From Lepidodermella squamata (taxonomy: Eukaryota > Animalia > Gastrotricha), in the NCBI GenBank assembly GCA_047495785.1, contig JBLDXI010000054.1, forward strand, positions 2,790,001 to 2,854,000: a stretch of 64,000 nt of DNA, read 5' to 3'. The notes under the pieces are model-generated. The model was not told the DNA's origin. It saw nothing but the letters and a program-made list of their open reading frames with translations, and did not search any database. Within the stretch, counting starts at the first letter, position 1. Each line of letters begins with the position of its first letter. Shown here piece by piece: positions 38,238 through 50,576 of this stretch. Position numbers and translations under genes: made by a program.

Positions 38238-40406
38238 CTACTCCGCGTTCGACTCGCTTGTTCGACAGCTCGACGTTGATCGGTGCGAGTTCGAACCCGG
38301 TAAGCCAAGGTGCGCGCTGGGCGAGCTCAAATTCATGCTACTGCCGCTGCATCTGTGGTGGAGACACGACCCGGGCGGGGTTGAAAGACGGCCATTACTG
38401 ACGTCTAGATTCGCCTGTTGAAGGGCGAGCAGCACGGCTACTCGGTCCAACTCGTCCTCAATCGACGGCTGGTTGTCGATGACCACCTCGCCCGATCGCT
38501 CGCCGAATAACAACAGCATTTTAACGCGGTAGTCGACGATTTGCGTAATCGGGTTGCCGGCTAGATTGGCGGATCTTACCATCGGCAGCCGGCTCAGCTG
38601 CTTCACATTCGCGATCGAGTCCAGCTGGTTGCAGGACACGTCTAGTACCTCGATTCCGCACTTGCTCAGGCCTTCGAGATTGCTGAGTTGGTTGTAGCTG
38701 ATGTCGAAGGTCTTCACGTTGCCAATGTGGCGGCTGAAGTTCTCCAGCGATCGAATACGGTTGTGGCTGAGATTCAGGTGTTGCAGTTTCACGCAGTGTT
38801 CCAAGTGCTCGATGACTGAGATTTGGTTAAAACTTAGGTCCAGGTATACCAAGTTCGAAAATGCTTGCTGAAATAAGAAAAAACTCATTTAATTTCAATT
38901 TCATTCGATTTTCTTCAAAATTCGAAAGTTGAATTTGACAAAAATTGAGCTAATTTTACAACATTACCCAACACTTTTTATACTGACAGGTAAAAATCAG
39001 GTAAAAATAAAAAAATTCTAAAAAATTTCTAGGAAATTTCCCTTGCCCACTCTGATTCACAATTCAAAATCCTTGCAGCAAAAAAACCTTTGAATGAAAA
39101 GTTTTTCATCTTTCAAAAAAAATTTAATATTCGTATTAAATGTTAGAATACATCCCCAAAAATGAAAATAATTTCTAAATTACATTTTAATTATTTTAAG
39201 ATGGCTTACCAAGCTTTCATCGATTTCTGAAATCGAATTATTGGCAAAATCGATTGATTGTAGTGTTTTATTTGAGCGTTTCGCAAGTTCGCGCGGCAAG
39301 AATGTACTCATCGAAGTCAGCGATTTGTGAACGTGTAAATGCACTAGGCCGTCGAGAATCGAACCGAACCCAGAAATATTGTTCGCATCGCTATTTGTTA
39401 TCTATAATAACGAAATAAATACAATTTTAAGGAGAAGTTTTTAAATAAAAATTATGCGAGCTATATAATATTTTAGCTAGCAATCTTCTCACTTTAACAG
39501 TTCGTTTCAACTCCGCCTTAAAAAAATTTCCACAAATTCGTCATGCTGTAATTATTCTAATACTTACAACTAGAGTTCGAACAGATCGAAACGGCGATAG
39601 GTCGAAGCAGAGCCGATTCGGTACGATGTTGCTGGTCCCCAACGGCTGATCTGAGCCTTCAATTTTCAGAAATTTAACCGCTCCAAAGAACTCGAGAATA
39701 GTCGCCAAAATCACATCAGGACTCGAGCTGTTTTTATTGCCATTTAAAGACGAAGTCGGAAGGGGTGAAACACTTGTGGCCGGCAATTTTAGCCGCTCGC
39801 AAACCGCGTGCAGCTCTAGCGGCGTGATCGTAAATGCCTCTTCTGCCTTCACCATCCGCTCCATCGCATCTGAGCCGAGGCGATTCGCTAAAGTATCACA
39901 GATAGAGTTGATTTCATAGCGTGGAAAATCGAGGAAATCGGCGAGTTGTTTCGGCAAAGCGCCGAGCTTATGTACAACAGTCAGCAAATACACTTCCAGG
40001 TCGTTTTGCCGCTGCTTTATAAACGCCTCGTTCTGAATATACATAGATTTTTTGCTTGGAAAATTGACATTATTCAAATCATAAGACTCCATCAACTGAA
40101 ACAAAAAATCGAAAATTTAGTCATATTTGACGTAATTTTTACCAAAACTCACTTCGTTGTGAAGTTTGAAAAAATCACTGTAACGACGTTTCACTTGCCA
40201 TGTGTACAAATCAACAGAAACTTCAATCGTAAAAAACTGCAAAAATTAAAAATAAATTTTGAGGCGGATCAAATTTTTCGGAAAATTACTATTGCACCAC
40301 TTCTCATCCAATCGTCTGCCACATAGACTTGTTGCCGCTCATAGCCGGTCAAACGAAGGATTTGAGCTGATTTCTGCAGCGAAAAATCCGAGGTATATAG
40401 CGCCAT
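38238..40406 (-). CDS. NISCH: Nischarin-like protein (PX + LRR only)
   Basis: Multi-exon. PX domain (VKRRYSDFFKLH, FPSKK..FIKQRQNDLEVYL), FTITPLELHAVCERLKLP, LKIEGS..LGTSNI, LRRs, LAGNPI..DYRVKML..VIDN..ELDRVAVLLALQ. Confidence 0.85.
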
Positions 40407-40531
40407 AATTCAATTATTATAATAAAATCATCTATAAAAAAGCAATAATTTATTAAAATATTATTTCTGAGGTAAAAATAAATTTGCGAAAAAACCGGCT
40501 TGAATAAGAAAAATGTCAAAGCAGAAATATA

Positions 40532-41724
40532 TCAAACAGAGTGTTCACCGTACTTGGATGGTTGTTGAAAAGTCACAGTTTTAGGAGTCAATTTCTTATT
40601 AGGATCATCAAAAATTTCCAAAAGTCCACTATGCCACAAATTTTCAATTGAATCAGCAACTGCATTAGCTGTCGAGCGTTGATAGCCGCCGCTAGTTACC
40701 ATGCAAATCGGAATGCCAAGCGTTCGAACTGATGAAAATACGATTTCATCACGAAGTGCAACGCCTCGGGGAGAAATTGATAGTCGCCCCAACGGATCAC
40801 CGGCCATTATGTCCGTACCAGCGTTATAGACAACAAAATCCGGCTTTTCTACCTCTAACGCATGTACCAAGCCACACCTCACCAAATCTGTGTATTTTTC
40901 ATCGCGTATACCGGATTCTAGATGAATCGGATATTGAATCGCTCCTAGTTTCAAAAAAATCCACCATAAATTTTGAAATAATTGAATTATTTCACGCACT
41001 TTTTGCCGGGTGATCTCCTGGATAAATATTAGGATTAAATGCGTCTAAAATCACAACACGTCGATCGTCCAGAAAATCACGTTCATGCCCGTTGCCTTGA
41101 TGGGCGTCTAAATCGACGATCAAAACTTTGCGTAACGAGGTATCCATATCGAGTAGAAATTTAATGCCAAGTTGAATATCGGCATACACGCAAAATCCTC
41201 CGCCAGAATCGGACGAACAGTGATGAAAACCGCCGCCAATGTTGATTGCCCAGCCAAATTTGCGCGCTAGATAGCACGCAAGCACTGTTCCACCCGTTTG
41301 AAGTCGCAACGATCGCAGTAATTTTCGTTGCAGTAATTTATTAGGTACGCAAGCGACGCACGGAACTTCGGTTATTCCGGCTAAAACCGAACTCCAAGAT
41401 AGCGATTTTAAATATCGCTCAGTATGAACGGCCAGTAAATCTGATTTGTTCACTTCCTCCGGTTTCACGCAACTGGTTTCGCTCGACAAGATTTTCTTCT
41501 CTAAAAAAATGACAAAAATAGAGATTATTGATTTGATTCTGGAAGTTCCTACCAATCAAAAACTCGACGATTCGACCCCATTTTCCAGTGTCAAATGGAT
41601 GAGCTTTTTCCAAGCCCCAAGCTGTAATATTGTAATTAGGATGGTATACAAAAGGAAGTTGGCCAGATTTCCTATCCAATTCTTTCAATAAATGAGCCGA
41701 ACTTCCGAGCTTGGTCAAATCCAT
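40532..41724 (-). CDS. HDAC11: Histone deacetylase 11
   Basis: GLEKAHPFDTGKWGRI, QTGGT, WAINIGGGFHH, GGGFCVYADI, DLDAHQGNGHERDF, YNAGTD..GDPLG, SGGY. Confidence 0.95.
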
Positions 41725-41778
41725 CTTAAAAATCTAGATAAAAATTAAGAATTTAAGATTTAAATATGAGCTGATAAT

Positions 41779-42447
41779 TCATTTCTTTGAAGATTTGTTG
41801 GAAGGTTTGGAAGACTTAACAACCTGCCAGACTTCACCGTCCTCATCGACCACGGTTTCAACTTTACTGGATTTTGCACCTGAAGCACCTGATGAGCTTT
41901 CTTTAGCTGATATTTCATCATCACTCTCTTCCTCTGAGCTGTGAGGCGAAACCATGTCGACTTCATCTGGATTTCGACTAGAAATCGGCATCTCAAAATA
42001 AGGATTAATAGCCGGCAATTCTTGAGCCATTTCTTTCAATTGCTCCAAATTCTGGCTTTGGTGAATTTTATATACTGAGTAGACTTGTTGAGCTGTAGTC
42101 GGCAAAGATCCGTCGTCAACAATCAAATTAAATTCCAGATTGAGAATATCGGCGAGAAAATCTTCGATTTCGAATTTTTCTAGGTCGGCTGAAAACATGC
42201 GGTTTTAAATAATTTTGCGGTAAAAAGCGGTATATATTACCATTGCAAATCATCCATTCAACAAAAGCAGTTGGGATCCATTCGGCTTTTTCGCGAGACT
42301 GAACACCGCCGGCTCGGTTTTCAACACCCAACTAAACACGGAAATTGAATATACGAATAATAATTTGCATGAAAACTAGCTAACTCGAAGAGCCTTCCAG
42401 TTGGTTAAGATTTTCTGCAGGCATTCGAGCAGAATTTCGTCCGCCAT
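41779..42447 (-). CDS. TSR2: Pre-rRNA-processing protein TSR2
   Basis: Three exons. NWKALRLGVENRAGG..KAEW, IEDFL..LEFNLIVDDGS, and an acidic tail ending DEDGEVWQVV. Confidence 0.88.
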
Positions 42448-42531
42448 TCTCAATAAAACCACCTATTCATGAAAAATGAACGTGCGAAATCACTGTAATG
42501 AAACGACAGATGTTGTTATGAAATAATAACA

Positions 42532-44113
42532 TTAATTCGAGGCAAATTTGAGCACAACTGAAAGTGTTTTCGGTAGTTTGGAGTCTGCGACTGAAATCGA
42601 GGAACCATCGCGAAGTCCAAACTCGTCGAACAGATTTTTCTCAAGATTAGCGTGGGTAGCTTCAATAACCGGGATGTAGAGAGATATGCTGGAACCATCG
42701 GACGAGTTTGAAGTGAGAGATGGCTCTTTCAAATCCCTTAGATCAAAGAAATTTTAAATATGCCTGGTTTCAGATGAAATAACTAACAATTTTTCCTTTA
42801 ACATGGCCAACAGCTTAGCGACAGTTGCTGATGTTTCAACTGTAATCGGAATCGGTTTGTTGCTACAGGCCGGGCAATTTTCTTTCCGCTCAGTAGGAAA
42901 AGCAAAGCCATAAACGCCTTCGATCTGATTGAAATTCATGAAACCTTCAGCGTAGTCGAAAAGCGTAGACCCTTTGTATAGCCCGGTGAGCAGTTTAACA
43001 ACCTCCATGCAACACAAACCCGCAATGACAGCATTTGTCGAAGCAACGGCGGGGATAATTCGTTTAACGACGCCTTGAGTTAGTCGGTAAGTCACGCCTG
43101 AAATGTTGAAACTTTTAGCGCGGTCGAGGGCACGTTCGAAAATCCATTGGAGATGACGAGGATCGTCGCCATCAACGCCGACGTCTGTACCAAAGGGCCA
43201 CTCTTTTTCCCACATGATGATTCGCACGAATTCGACGCAATGTTCCGGCAATCTGGGGCTACTGGCGATTGTGCAAAGGGGATAATTGACTTGAGGAGGG
43301 TACAAGTCCATTGTACATTCAACGCAGGCAGTCATCCCAGGAATAACGACGCGAATGTTTCCTTTTAAACCTTCAGTGCCTCCATCAATAATGGGAATAA
43401 TACTGCCCGGGTCCAATTCACCATTATCATCATATGCCAGAAGGCTGCACTGAAAATTATCAGACGTCAGGAGCTAATTCAGCAGCGTAACTATAACTTA
43501 CAATCATTCCGTTTAACCAACGTCTAGCGCCAATTGAATCTAAACCACACAGGACAATTCTGAATTGGCTGTAAAATTCGGGGCCGAAAGCTTCGATAGC
43601 GGAATGATGGGCGGTGACTTGGCATTGAGGGAAGTGGCGCTGTACAAACGCAGCAGCGACTTGAGCTTTAGATTTTCCAAGGTCATCAGTGCTATAGTAA
43701 TACCTATATTATTCATCAGGTCCTTGCATCGACGATATGCATACCTGAACATAAATTGCCGGTTCAAATTAGATAGATCGATGGTATCCAAATCGATCAC
43801 GCTTATTTGACGCATGCCAAGAATAGCCTGATACAGGCGACAAGTTCAAGATAGCAAAGCAGCAAACAACAAAATAGTTTACTAGATTTTTCAGGAACTC
43901 ACAGCCCAAACCACCAGCGCCAATTACCAAAATCGGAACGTCACGAAGCAAATCGAATGTCTACGCATATATTAGAAAATAAGCATGAAGTTCAATTCAA
44001 ACCATCCCCTGGACTCTCACCTCTGGAGGGCACGAGTAATTAGCATCGTGCAGCGAACTGGGCGCAGTAAGCAATCCATATAGTGGATCACTATGTAATT
44101 CGGCGTCAGTCAT
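42532..44113 (-). CDS. UBA3: NEDD8-activating enzyme E1 catalytic subunit
   Basis: [46 protein letters not shown], catalytic [27 protein letters not shown]-terminal E2-binding domain. Confidence 0.95.
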
Positions 44114-45699
44114 TTCAAAAAATTAAGTTATCTGAAAAGTCAATCCACACTGTGTCATTTCAATATGCCATATGCCCATTAGTTTATTGTATCTGACCCC
44201 TTAACTCTCATCCCAAAAATTTACTACAATCGCAGAAATAAGTAACTATCAAGAGACGAGAAACAAAGAGCAAGGTTTTAGGTTTTACAGAGCATCCAAA
44301 AAGCCCGGAGACTCTTGGAGTGATTGTAGAGACGATTGCGATTGCGATTGCCTATAGCAGATGAGAGCTGCGAAGACAAAAATCAAGAGCCATACAGTTT
44401 ATCAACAAATATTAAAATAATCTGAAAGCCTAGATTTTTCAACGAACTACAATAGACGCAAATTTATGTTGCGTGCGATAAGAATTTGAAATAAACAGAT
44501 AACACCCGGCAAGAGAAAATAACTAAAGAGCATGATACCGCGAGGTGTCAAACGATGCTATCCCTATTTTGTGATTAATCCGCCGGAAAATAAAAAAAAA
44601 CACTTGAAAAATCCCCAACAAATATAAAAAGTATAGTTATTTAGTTATGACATATATTATATAATATAGTCTATATTTATAAAAATCACCATTTAACAGC
44701 AATTTACATGAATTATTATAAATAATTCAAATTTTTGGCGGGCTTCGATTTGCGAGTTTGTAAAAAACCATCGGCACTTTTCAACTCCCTGGAAATCTCC
44801 GATTCTTCTGTCTTGTGTGACCTAGGACCTCGGACGTCTGACTCTATTCTTGATCAATCTTACGATTCGATTTTTGCTCAGAAAAAATCGCTAGACTCGT
44901 TGGGCTTTGGTTTTTACCCTCCCGTTTGTATTGAAAAAATGCAATAAAAAATAATCAAGGATTCTTATTCTGATTGTTTTTATCAATTATCAAGCTTCAA
45001 GCTGGATTATTATAAGCCGGGCCTCTAGCCTCTATTGATCGATTGGTGTGGTTAGTTTGTAATTTGACGGGCTTGGGAACCATATTCTTTCAGCAAAGCC
45101 CAGTGGAGTGGACTTGAATATTGTCGAGCAGCTTAGGCGAATGTCGCTCAACGTCTAACAGCTGTAGGTTGACCCATCCTTCAAAGAGTTACGAGTTACC
45201 TCTAGTTTGAGATATCCTCATTCCTCATAGTTTAATTTTCATCGCCTATATTACCATTTTGCCACACCATTTCGGAACAAATTTAATTCTGAAACCCTCT
45301 TCCTTGGGATTTTTTATTCACGTTGCATATGATAGCTATACTACATAGTATTTCGCCAACAACGAACCGCTGTTGCTTATGATAGTTTTTCCATCCTCCC
45401 TCCTTTTATTGTCCCTTTAGCAACCGCGCATTATACAATGTCTTTTTTGTTGCGAGCAATTGATAATCGATAAATCAGATACTCGAGATATTTATACTCA
45501 TCATTTCGTTTTCTTGTTCCTAGTTTCTCGTAGTTGGATCGCACGGCGTGTGTAACATCAAGTTGCTAGTTACTTTATTTCAGATATTATTCTACGATTG
45601 ATTAAGTATGTAACATTTAATCACATTTATTCGGAATTTAGCGCTCGTTTGTCTACCGTAGGTTTTTTGAACGCCGATTTAATCATTGCTCCCAACAAC

Positions 45700-45963
45700 A
45701 TGGCCGATAAAATCTATTACTCGGAGAAGTACACAGATGCGGAGTATGAGTACCGTCACGTTATCATTCCCAAAGAAATGGTAAAGATGCTGCCTAAGAA
45801 TCACCTGATGACCGAAAGCGAATGGCGCAGTCTCGGTATTCAACAAAGTCAAGGCTGGATCCACTACATGATTCACACACCCGAGCCTCACATCCTCCTC
45901 TTCCGACGACCCCTCCCAGAAGACCAGAAGCGCGCTGCCCAAGCACAAAATGGCCACAAATGA
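45700..45963 (+). CDS. CKS1: Cyclin-dependent kinase regulatory subunit
   Basis: [61 protein letters not shown] at 45700. Confidence 0.97.
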   Translation: MADKIYYSEKYTDAEYEYRHVIIPKEMVKMLPKNHLMTESEWRSLGIQQSQGWIHYMIHTPEPHILLFRRPLPEDQKRAAQAQNGHK

Positions 45964-46284
45964 GTAACTATTAACTTGCTTTATACCTATGTTGATACCA
46001 AATTAATGGGTATTCTACTTTTGAATTGCCCACGCTCATCGGTTGAGCCTGAAAAGTTTACCTTTTGGAGTAACTTTTGTTCAAACACGATATATGTGAT
46101 TTGTGCTACCTATTTCTGATAGCTGTGGTCTATATGGCTTCGCTTTTACTCTCAAATCATGGATTGTTCTCTTGCCACTGCTAGACCCGAATTTAGTTAC
46201 AAAATGACGTGATAAATAAATGGCTCAAATTAATAGGCAGTCTTCAGTTCATTTTTCCAATTTTATCCTAGGTTTTTTTAATTA

Positions 46285-49200
46285 ATGACCTCGAAAATCT
46301 ACGTTGCCACCGCTGGTGACGATATTAGATTTTGGCAGGAAAATGAGCAGACAGCTTTGGCGAGAATCAGCTCAGTTCCTGGTCCGATTAATTGCATGGA
46401 CTGGAGCGATTCAGGCCTGCAAGTAGTCGCATGTAGTCAAGTTAACAATCCCCTATCAATCGTGAACATATCGCCAGATTTGAAACTCGCACCCTCAGTT
46501 AACACAACTACGCTATCGCAACTACCAGGTCACGCATCCGTCGTAGCCCTCGGACACGATCAAAGCAACGCACACATCGCAGTTGGGTATGAAGAAGGAA
46601 AGATTGCTGTTGTTAACAGCCGTACTTCAGAGGTGATCAAGACTCTCCCGCATCCAGATGGGAAACATTCGATCATGTCGCTGTGTTTCGACACAAGCGA
46701 TACGCGATTAGCCGCTTCGGACGATTCCGGAAATATTCTTGTCCATAACGTGATTCAAGCCATCCACGGCAAACCTCTGCCTCAAGCTGATGGAGCTATT
46801 GTGCAGCAGGTTAAATTCAGTCCCCACAAAAAAGGATTGCTTGCATCTGCGGCTGATAGTGGCTCAGTCACGATGTGGGACGTATTCAAATCGGTTAAAT
46901 TACACACTTTCGCGAAACTTCACTCGATGCCGGTTACTGGCATCACGTTTTCGCCCCTCAACGATATGCTCCTCCTCACCGCTGGTTTGGATAAACAGTT
47001 TTGCTGTTTAGATTTGCGGAAAAATATGTAAGAAATTAATTTTGAATTTTTCAAATAATTTTAATTAATTTGTGCCAATTTTACAGCGTTGTTAAGACCC
47101 TCCACACAGATTCGGCGATCTCATCGATGGATTTTCATCATGAAGGCTGGGCAGTGGGTCTCGGTACTACTCGTGGCCGGCTGCTGATTTACGATCTTCG
47201 CCAGGCTAGTCGGCCGATGAAAGAAATCGCTGCTCATCAAACGTCGGTTAAAACGGTCAAATTTGCATCGAAGGTGAGCTTGAAAAATTGTCCCCATTCC
47301 TATAATGGACTTTAATCATAATTAATTTCAGAGCTGCGTTCTCACATCGGCTCACCTTCAGTCGAAGAACACTGTTTCCTCACCGGTCGCAACATCGAAA
47401 AATAAAAGTGAGTTATTTTTGTAAATATTTTACGGTCATTTCATATCAAATTCCTGTACATGTTTGGACAACTAGTAATATTTATTTTGAGATTAAGCTG
47501 ATGGAGATTTATTTTTTACCTGTAACCAGCGATTACTTATTGATTGTGAAGTTATTACTGAAGTGTTGTACAAATGCATCGAATAATTTCCCTCTAATTT
47601 GAGTCTAATTACGTCAATAATGCGATCGGTCAAATCATATTTACCTACAGAGGGGGGTGGGAGACGATTTGCATATAATATTTAACCATCTGCGAATTTG
47701 ATTTGTGTCTAAGGTATGTATCTCATCCGAAACCGAGCTTCGGTCTCAGAGCGCTAAAGCGAAAGCCGCGCTCTTTAAAACAAAATAAAAAAATGAAGAT
47801 GAGCAGCAATGCCGCGCTTGTACGTTGGTAAATTTGCTGCCCTAACTCAGCCTCTCATTGTGTCACAGGTGCGTTGTCAAGAGATAGACAGGTGCCTTGT
47901 GACGCAATGGCAAATTTTGGCTGTTTTTAATGGAAAATCTGTTCAAATTGCAGGACTGTTTCAGCGTGTTTCGGATTTTCGTGATATTTGATCGATTTTA
48001 ATTCTCGATGTCAAGGTTTCGCAATTCAGAACCTTTTGCGACCGAAAATACTTGGAATTCTAGCCAATCTGAGACCCCTGTTGAATCACGAATCGTTTCC
48101 ATTTTATATAGTTTCATCCGAATAAAAGACGGAATTGCGAAATTCTGATTTGAAATTATAAATTAACTCTCAAGTCTGATGAATTTTTTCGAGAAAATCA
48201 CATTACGCATTTCATTTTTTTTTGTTTCTTACCACACTTTTCTTTGGGAATTTCACCCACCACACCGCTATTTTTCTGATATTTTTATTATCAAATACGC
48301 AAACGCCTGCGCGATAATAGTTGCTCCTCTGTAGTTACGTAATTTATTTTGGCAAATAGACCCTTTTCATTGCGTGATTGAGAAGTAATTTTTCGAGAAT
48401 GATTGCAATTTTTAATATAATTACTTCACATGCATTCATCAAATATGTGCAGCGATTTAGACTTATCGAGGGCGGACTGAAATGAATTCGCCTTAAATTT
48501 TAACCATCTGCGAATTTGATTTGTGTCTAAGGTATGTATCTCATCCGAAACCGAACCTCGGTCTCAGAGCGCTAAAGCGAAAGCCGCGCTCTTTACAACG
48601 AAACAAAACAAAAAGTAATAACAATCAGCATGTTATGCTAGCCATTTTGCATGGGTAGCGCAACCAGCTTACTTCAACCAGTTTACTCAGTGTTGTGGCT
48701 TGCGGCCCAGCCTCTTTGACCTGGGGTTGGCCTGGGGTCTTGTGTATTTTTATTTTCGAACAATAAAATATTCCATGTTGCTAAATTCCCGAAAAAATGT
48801 TCCTCCTTCCGTTGACACGGAAAATGTGCTTTTGTGACGTTATAATCGTATCGAACCGCTTATGGATGAATTTCGTCTCTTAAAATAAAACTGTTCAAAT
48901 AAGAAACCCTTCAAAATGAAAACTTGCACGCCAAATGCCTTTACGTATGAGCAAAATGAGCTTATTTTAAGCATTATTTGTTGATGATAGGAAATATTCT
49001 GAAGGCATTTGAAAAAATTGGGATAATCTCATACTATAAAATAGTTTCTCAGCTGAAGTAGACACTTATGTCAATATTTTCGATCAAATATTCATCTCGA
49101 ATTGGTGTTCCATGTCTTGAGTGGTATGCCTTGAATGGTGCGGAGCAAAATTTGGTAGTGTGAAAATTTAACCATCTGCGAATTTGATTTGTGTCTAAGG

Positions 49201-50576
49201 TATGTATCTCATCCCAAACTGAGCTTCGGTCTCAGAGCGCTAAAGCGAAAGCCGCGCTCTTTAAAACAAAAACAAAACAATAATAAGGAAAATATTTGCT
49301 ACACGCTGATTTACCTGTCACCATTTTGATGGCGTTTCATGCTGTTCACCAGTATATCACGGGAATTTAGCATAACTATCTTGAATTTTTTTCCTAAATT
49401 TTCGAAATATTTATTCGGCCATTTTCATAGACGAATATAATAATAATAACTTTTTTTCTTATTTTCAGACAGCACTTCGACGGCAATTTCTCCGTTATGT
49501 GCCAACGAGAATACGATGCGGTCTACATCAGTCAACTCGACAGTTTCAAACGACTGTCTATCCTCATTTTACATGAAGCCGGACACAGCAATGCGAGCAG
49601 CCGAAATAGAGATGAATCGTGAGTTGGGAAAATTTCTCAAAAATTCCTATGATAATAGCACGATATTTCAGAGAAAACTCGGCTGCTGGAAGCTCAGCGA
49701 ATGTTGAGTCAAACCCCGCTGACAACCTCCTCAGGCATGGACCCTCTCATCGCGGACGCTGAGAACATTTTCAGATCTCAATCAGTCGACATCATACCGA
49801 ATCGACAACGAATGGACGATACTTTTCGCTCGACGACAGCGGAAGTCCGAAATTTGTCACCGATCAGCTCGCGTGGGACAGGTAAGTATACCAATTTCTA
49901 AGGTGGATTTTTTGTAATAACTTACAATTAAGGTGGCATTCTAAGAAGCGAGTTCAACGTCCCGAATGCGGTGAATCGGCCCCTACCCTCGGCGGCTTCG
50001 ACCCCGTTTCACGCCAATGTCACTCGAAACAACGCGATGTCGACTATTTCAAGCCTACCGAGCCGGATCCCAATCGACAGTATTCGACCTGATAGCGCTA
50101 GTTCGTATACTAGTGCGACTTCGCATGTTGCGAACGCCCTTCCAGTCGCGACGGAAGACTCGTGGTCACCCTCACCCGAGCCGCCGTCATTAAGTGTAAC
50201 CCTGAAAGAGAAAGGCTGTGATATTCACACTCAAACGATTGTAGTCGGCGAGTTGCCGCCGTTGACCGATCAAAAGGACGCGTCGTGTCAAACTGAGGCG
50301 GCTTTCGTATCAGGAGCAGTGTCTCTCGACGATTTCACCAACATCCTAGAAGATAAGCTTAGTCCTATCGAAGAGAATGTGAAGCGGCTTCAAGCGCGGT
50401 TAATAGCTGAAACGTTTGATCAAACGGCTGCGTTGCGGCGTATTATGCGCGAAGAATTGTCGCCGAATGTTCAATTGCAAGCGGAAATCGAGCGGTTGCG
50501 AGCTGAGAACGACCAGTTGCGGCGCGCCTTGTCGTCGTACGACGCCAAATTATTTAATACGAGCTTACGTCTTTGA
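46285..50576 (+). CDS. NEDD1: NEDD1 (gamma-TuRC targeting factor; WD40 + C-terminal coiled coil)
   Basis: AGDDIRFW start; WD40 repeats (H..PVTGITFSPLNDMLLLTAGLDK; GTTRGRLLIYDLR); S/T-rich linker; C-terminal LQAEIERLRAENDQLR. Contains a large intron at 47408-49468. Confidence 0.85.
47684..47774 (+). ncRNA. Candidate spliced-leader (SL) RNA gene, copy 1
   Basis: 30-nt putative exon AACCATCTGCGAATTTGATTTGTGTCTAAG, donor GTATGT at 47714, hairpins ACCGA-gct-TCGGT and AGAGCGC..GCGAAAGC..GCGCTCT, and an A-rich 3' flank. Three copies in one intron. Confidence 0.6.
48502..48592 (+). ncRNA. Candidate SL RNA gene, copy 2
   Basis: Identical to copy 1 except for the hairpin loop (gct to acc). The flanks are not alignable with copy 1. 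Confidence 0.6.
49170..49260 (+). ncRNA. Candidate SL RNA gene, copy 3
   Basis: Identical exon, donor and 3' hairpin. Two substitutions, one of which turns a C-G stem pair into U-G and so keeps the pairing. Confidence 0.6.

Noticed and set aside
44700-45250. Possible small gene between UBA3 and CKS1
   Set aside because: The composition looks coding-like, but I could not assemble an open spliced frame with a recognisable product.
48703-48735. GC-rich hairpin downstream of SL-like copy 2
   Set aside because: It is a single ~10-bp stem, is not conserved beside the other two copies, and has no HDV-ribozyme topology that I could establish.
47684-49260. Triplicated element read as a CRISPR array, hammerhead ribozyme, U7 or U4atac snRNA, or snoRNA
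   Set aside because: The context is eukaryotic and the spacing is 670-820 nt. There is no CUGANGA core on either strand and no C/D boxes, and the hairpins are too short for H/ACA. Only a few bases resemble the U4atac start (AACCATC) or the U7 Sm site.
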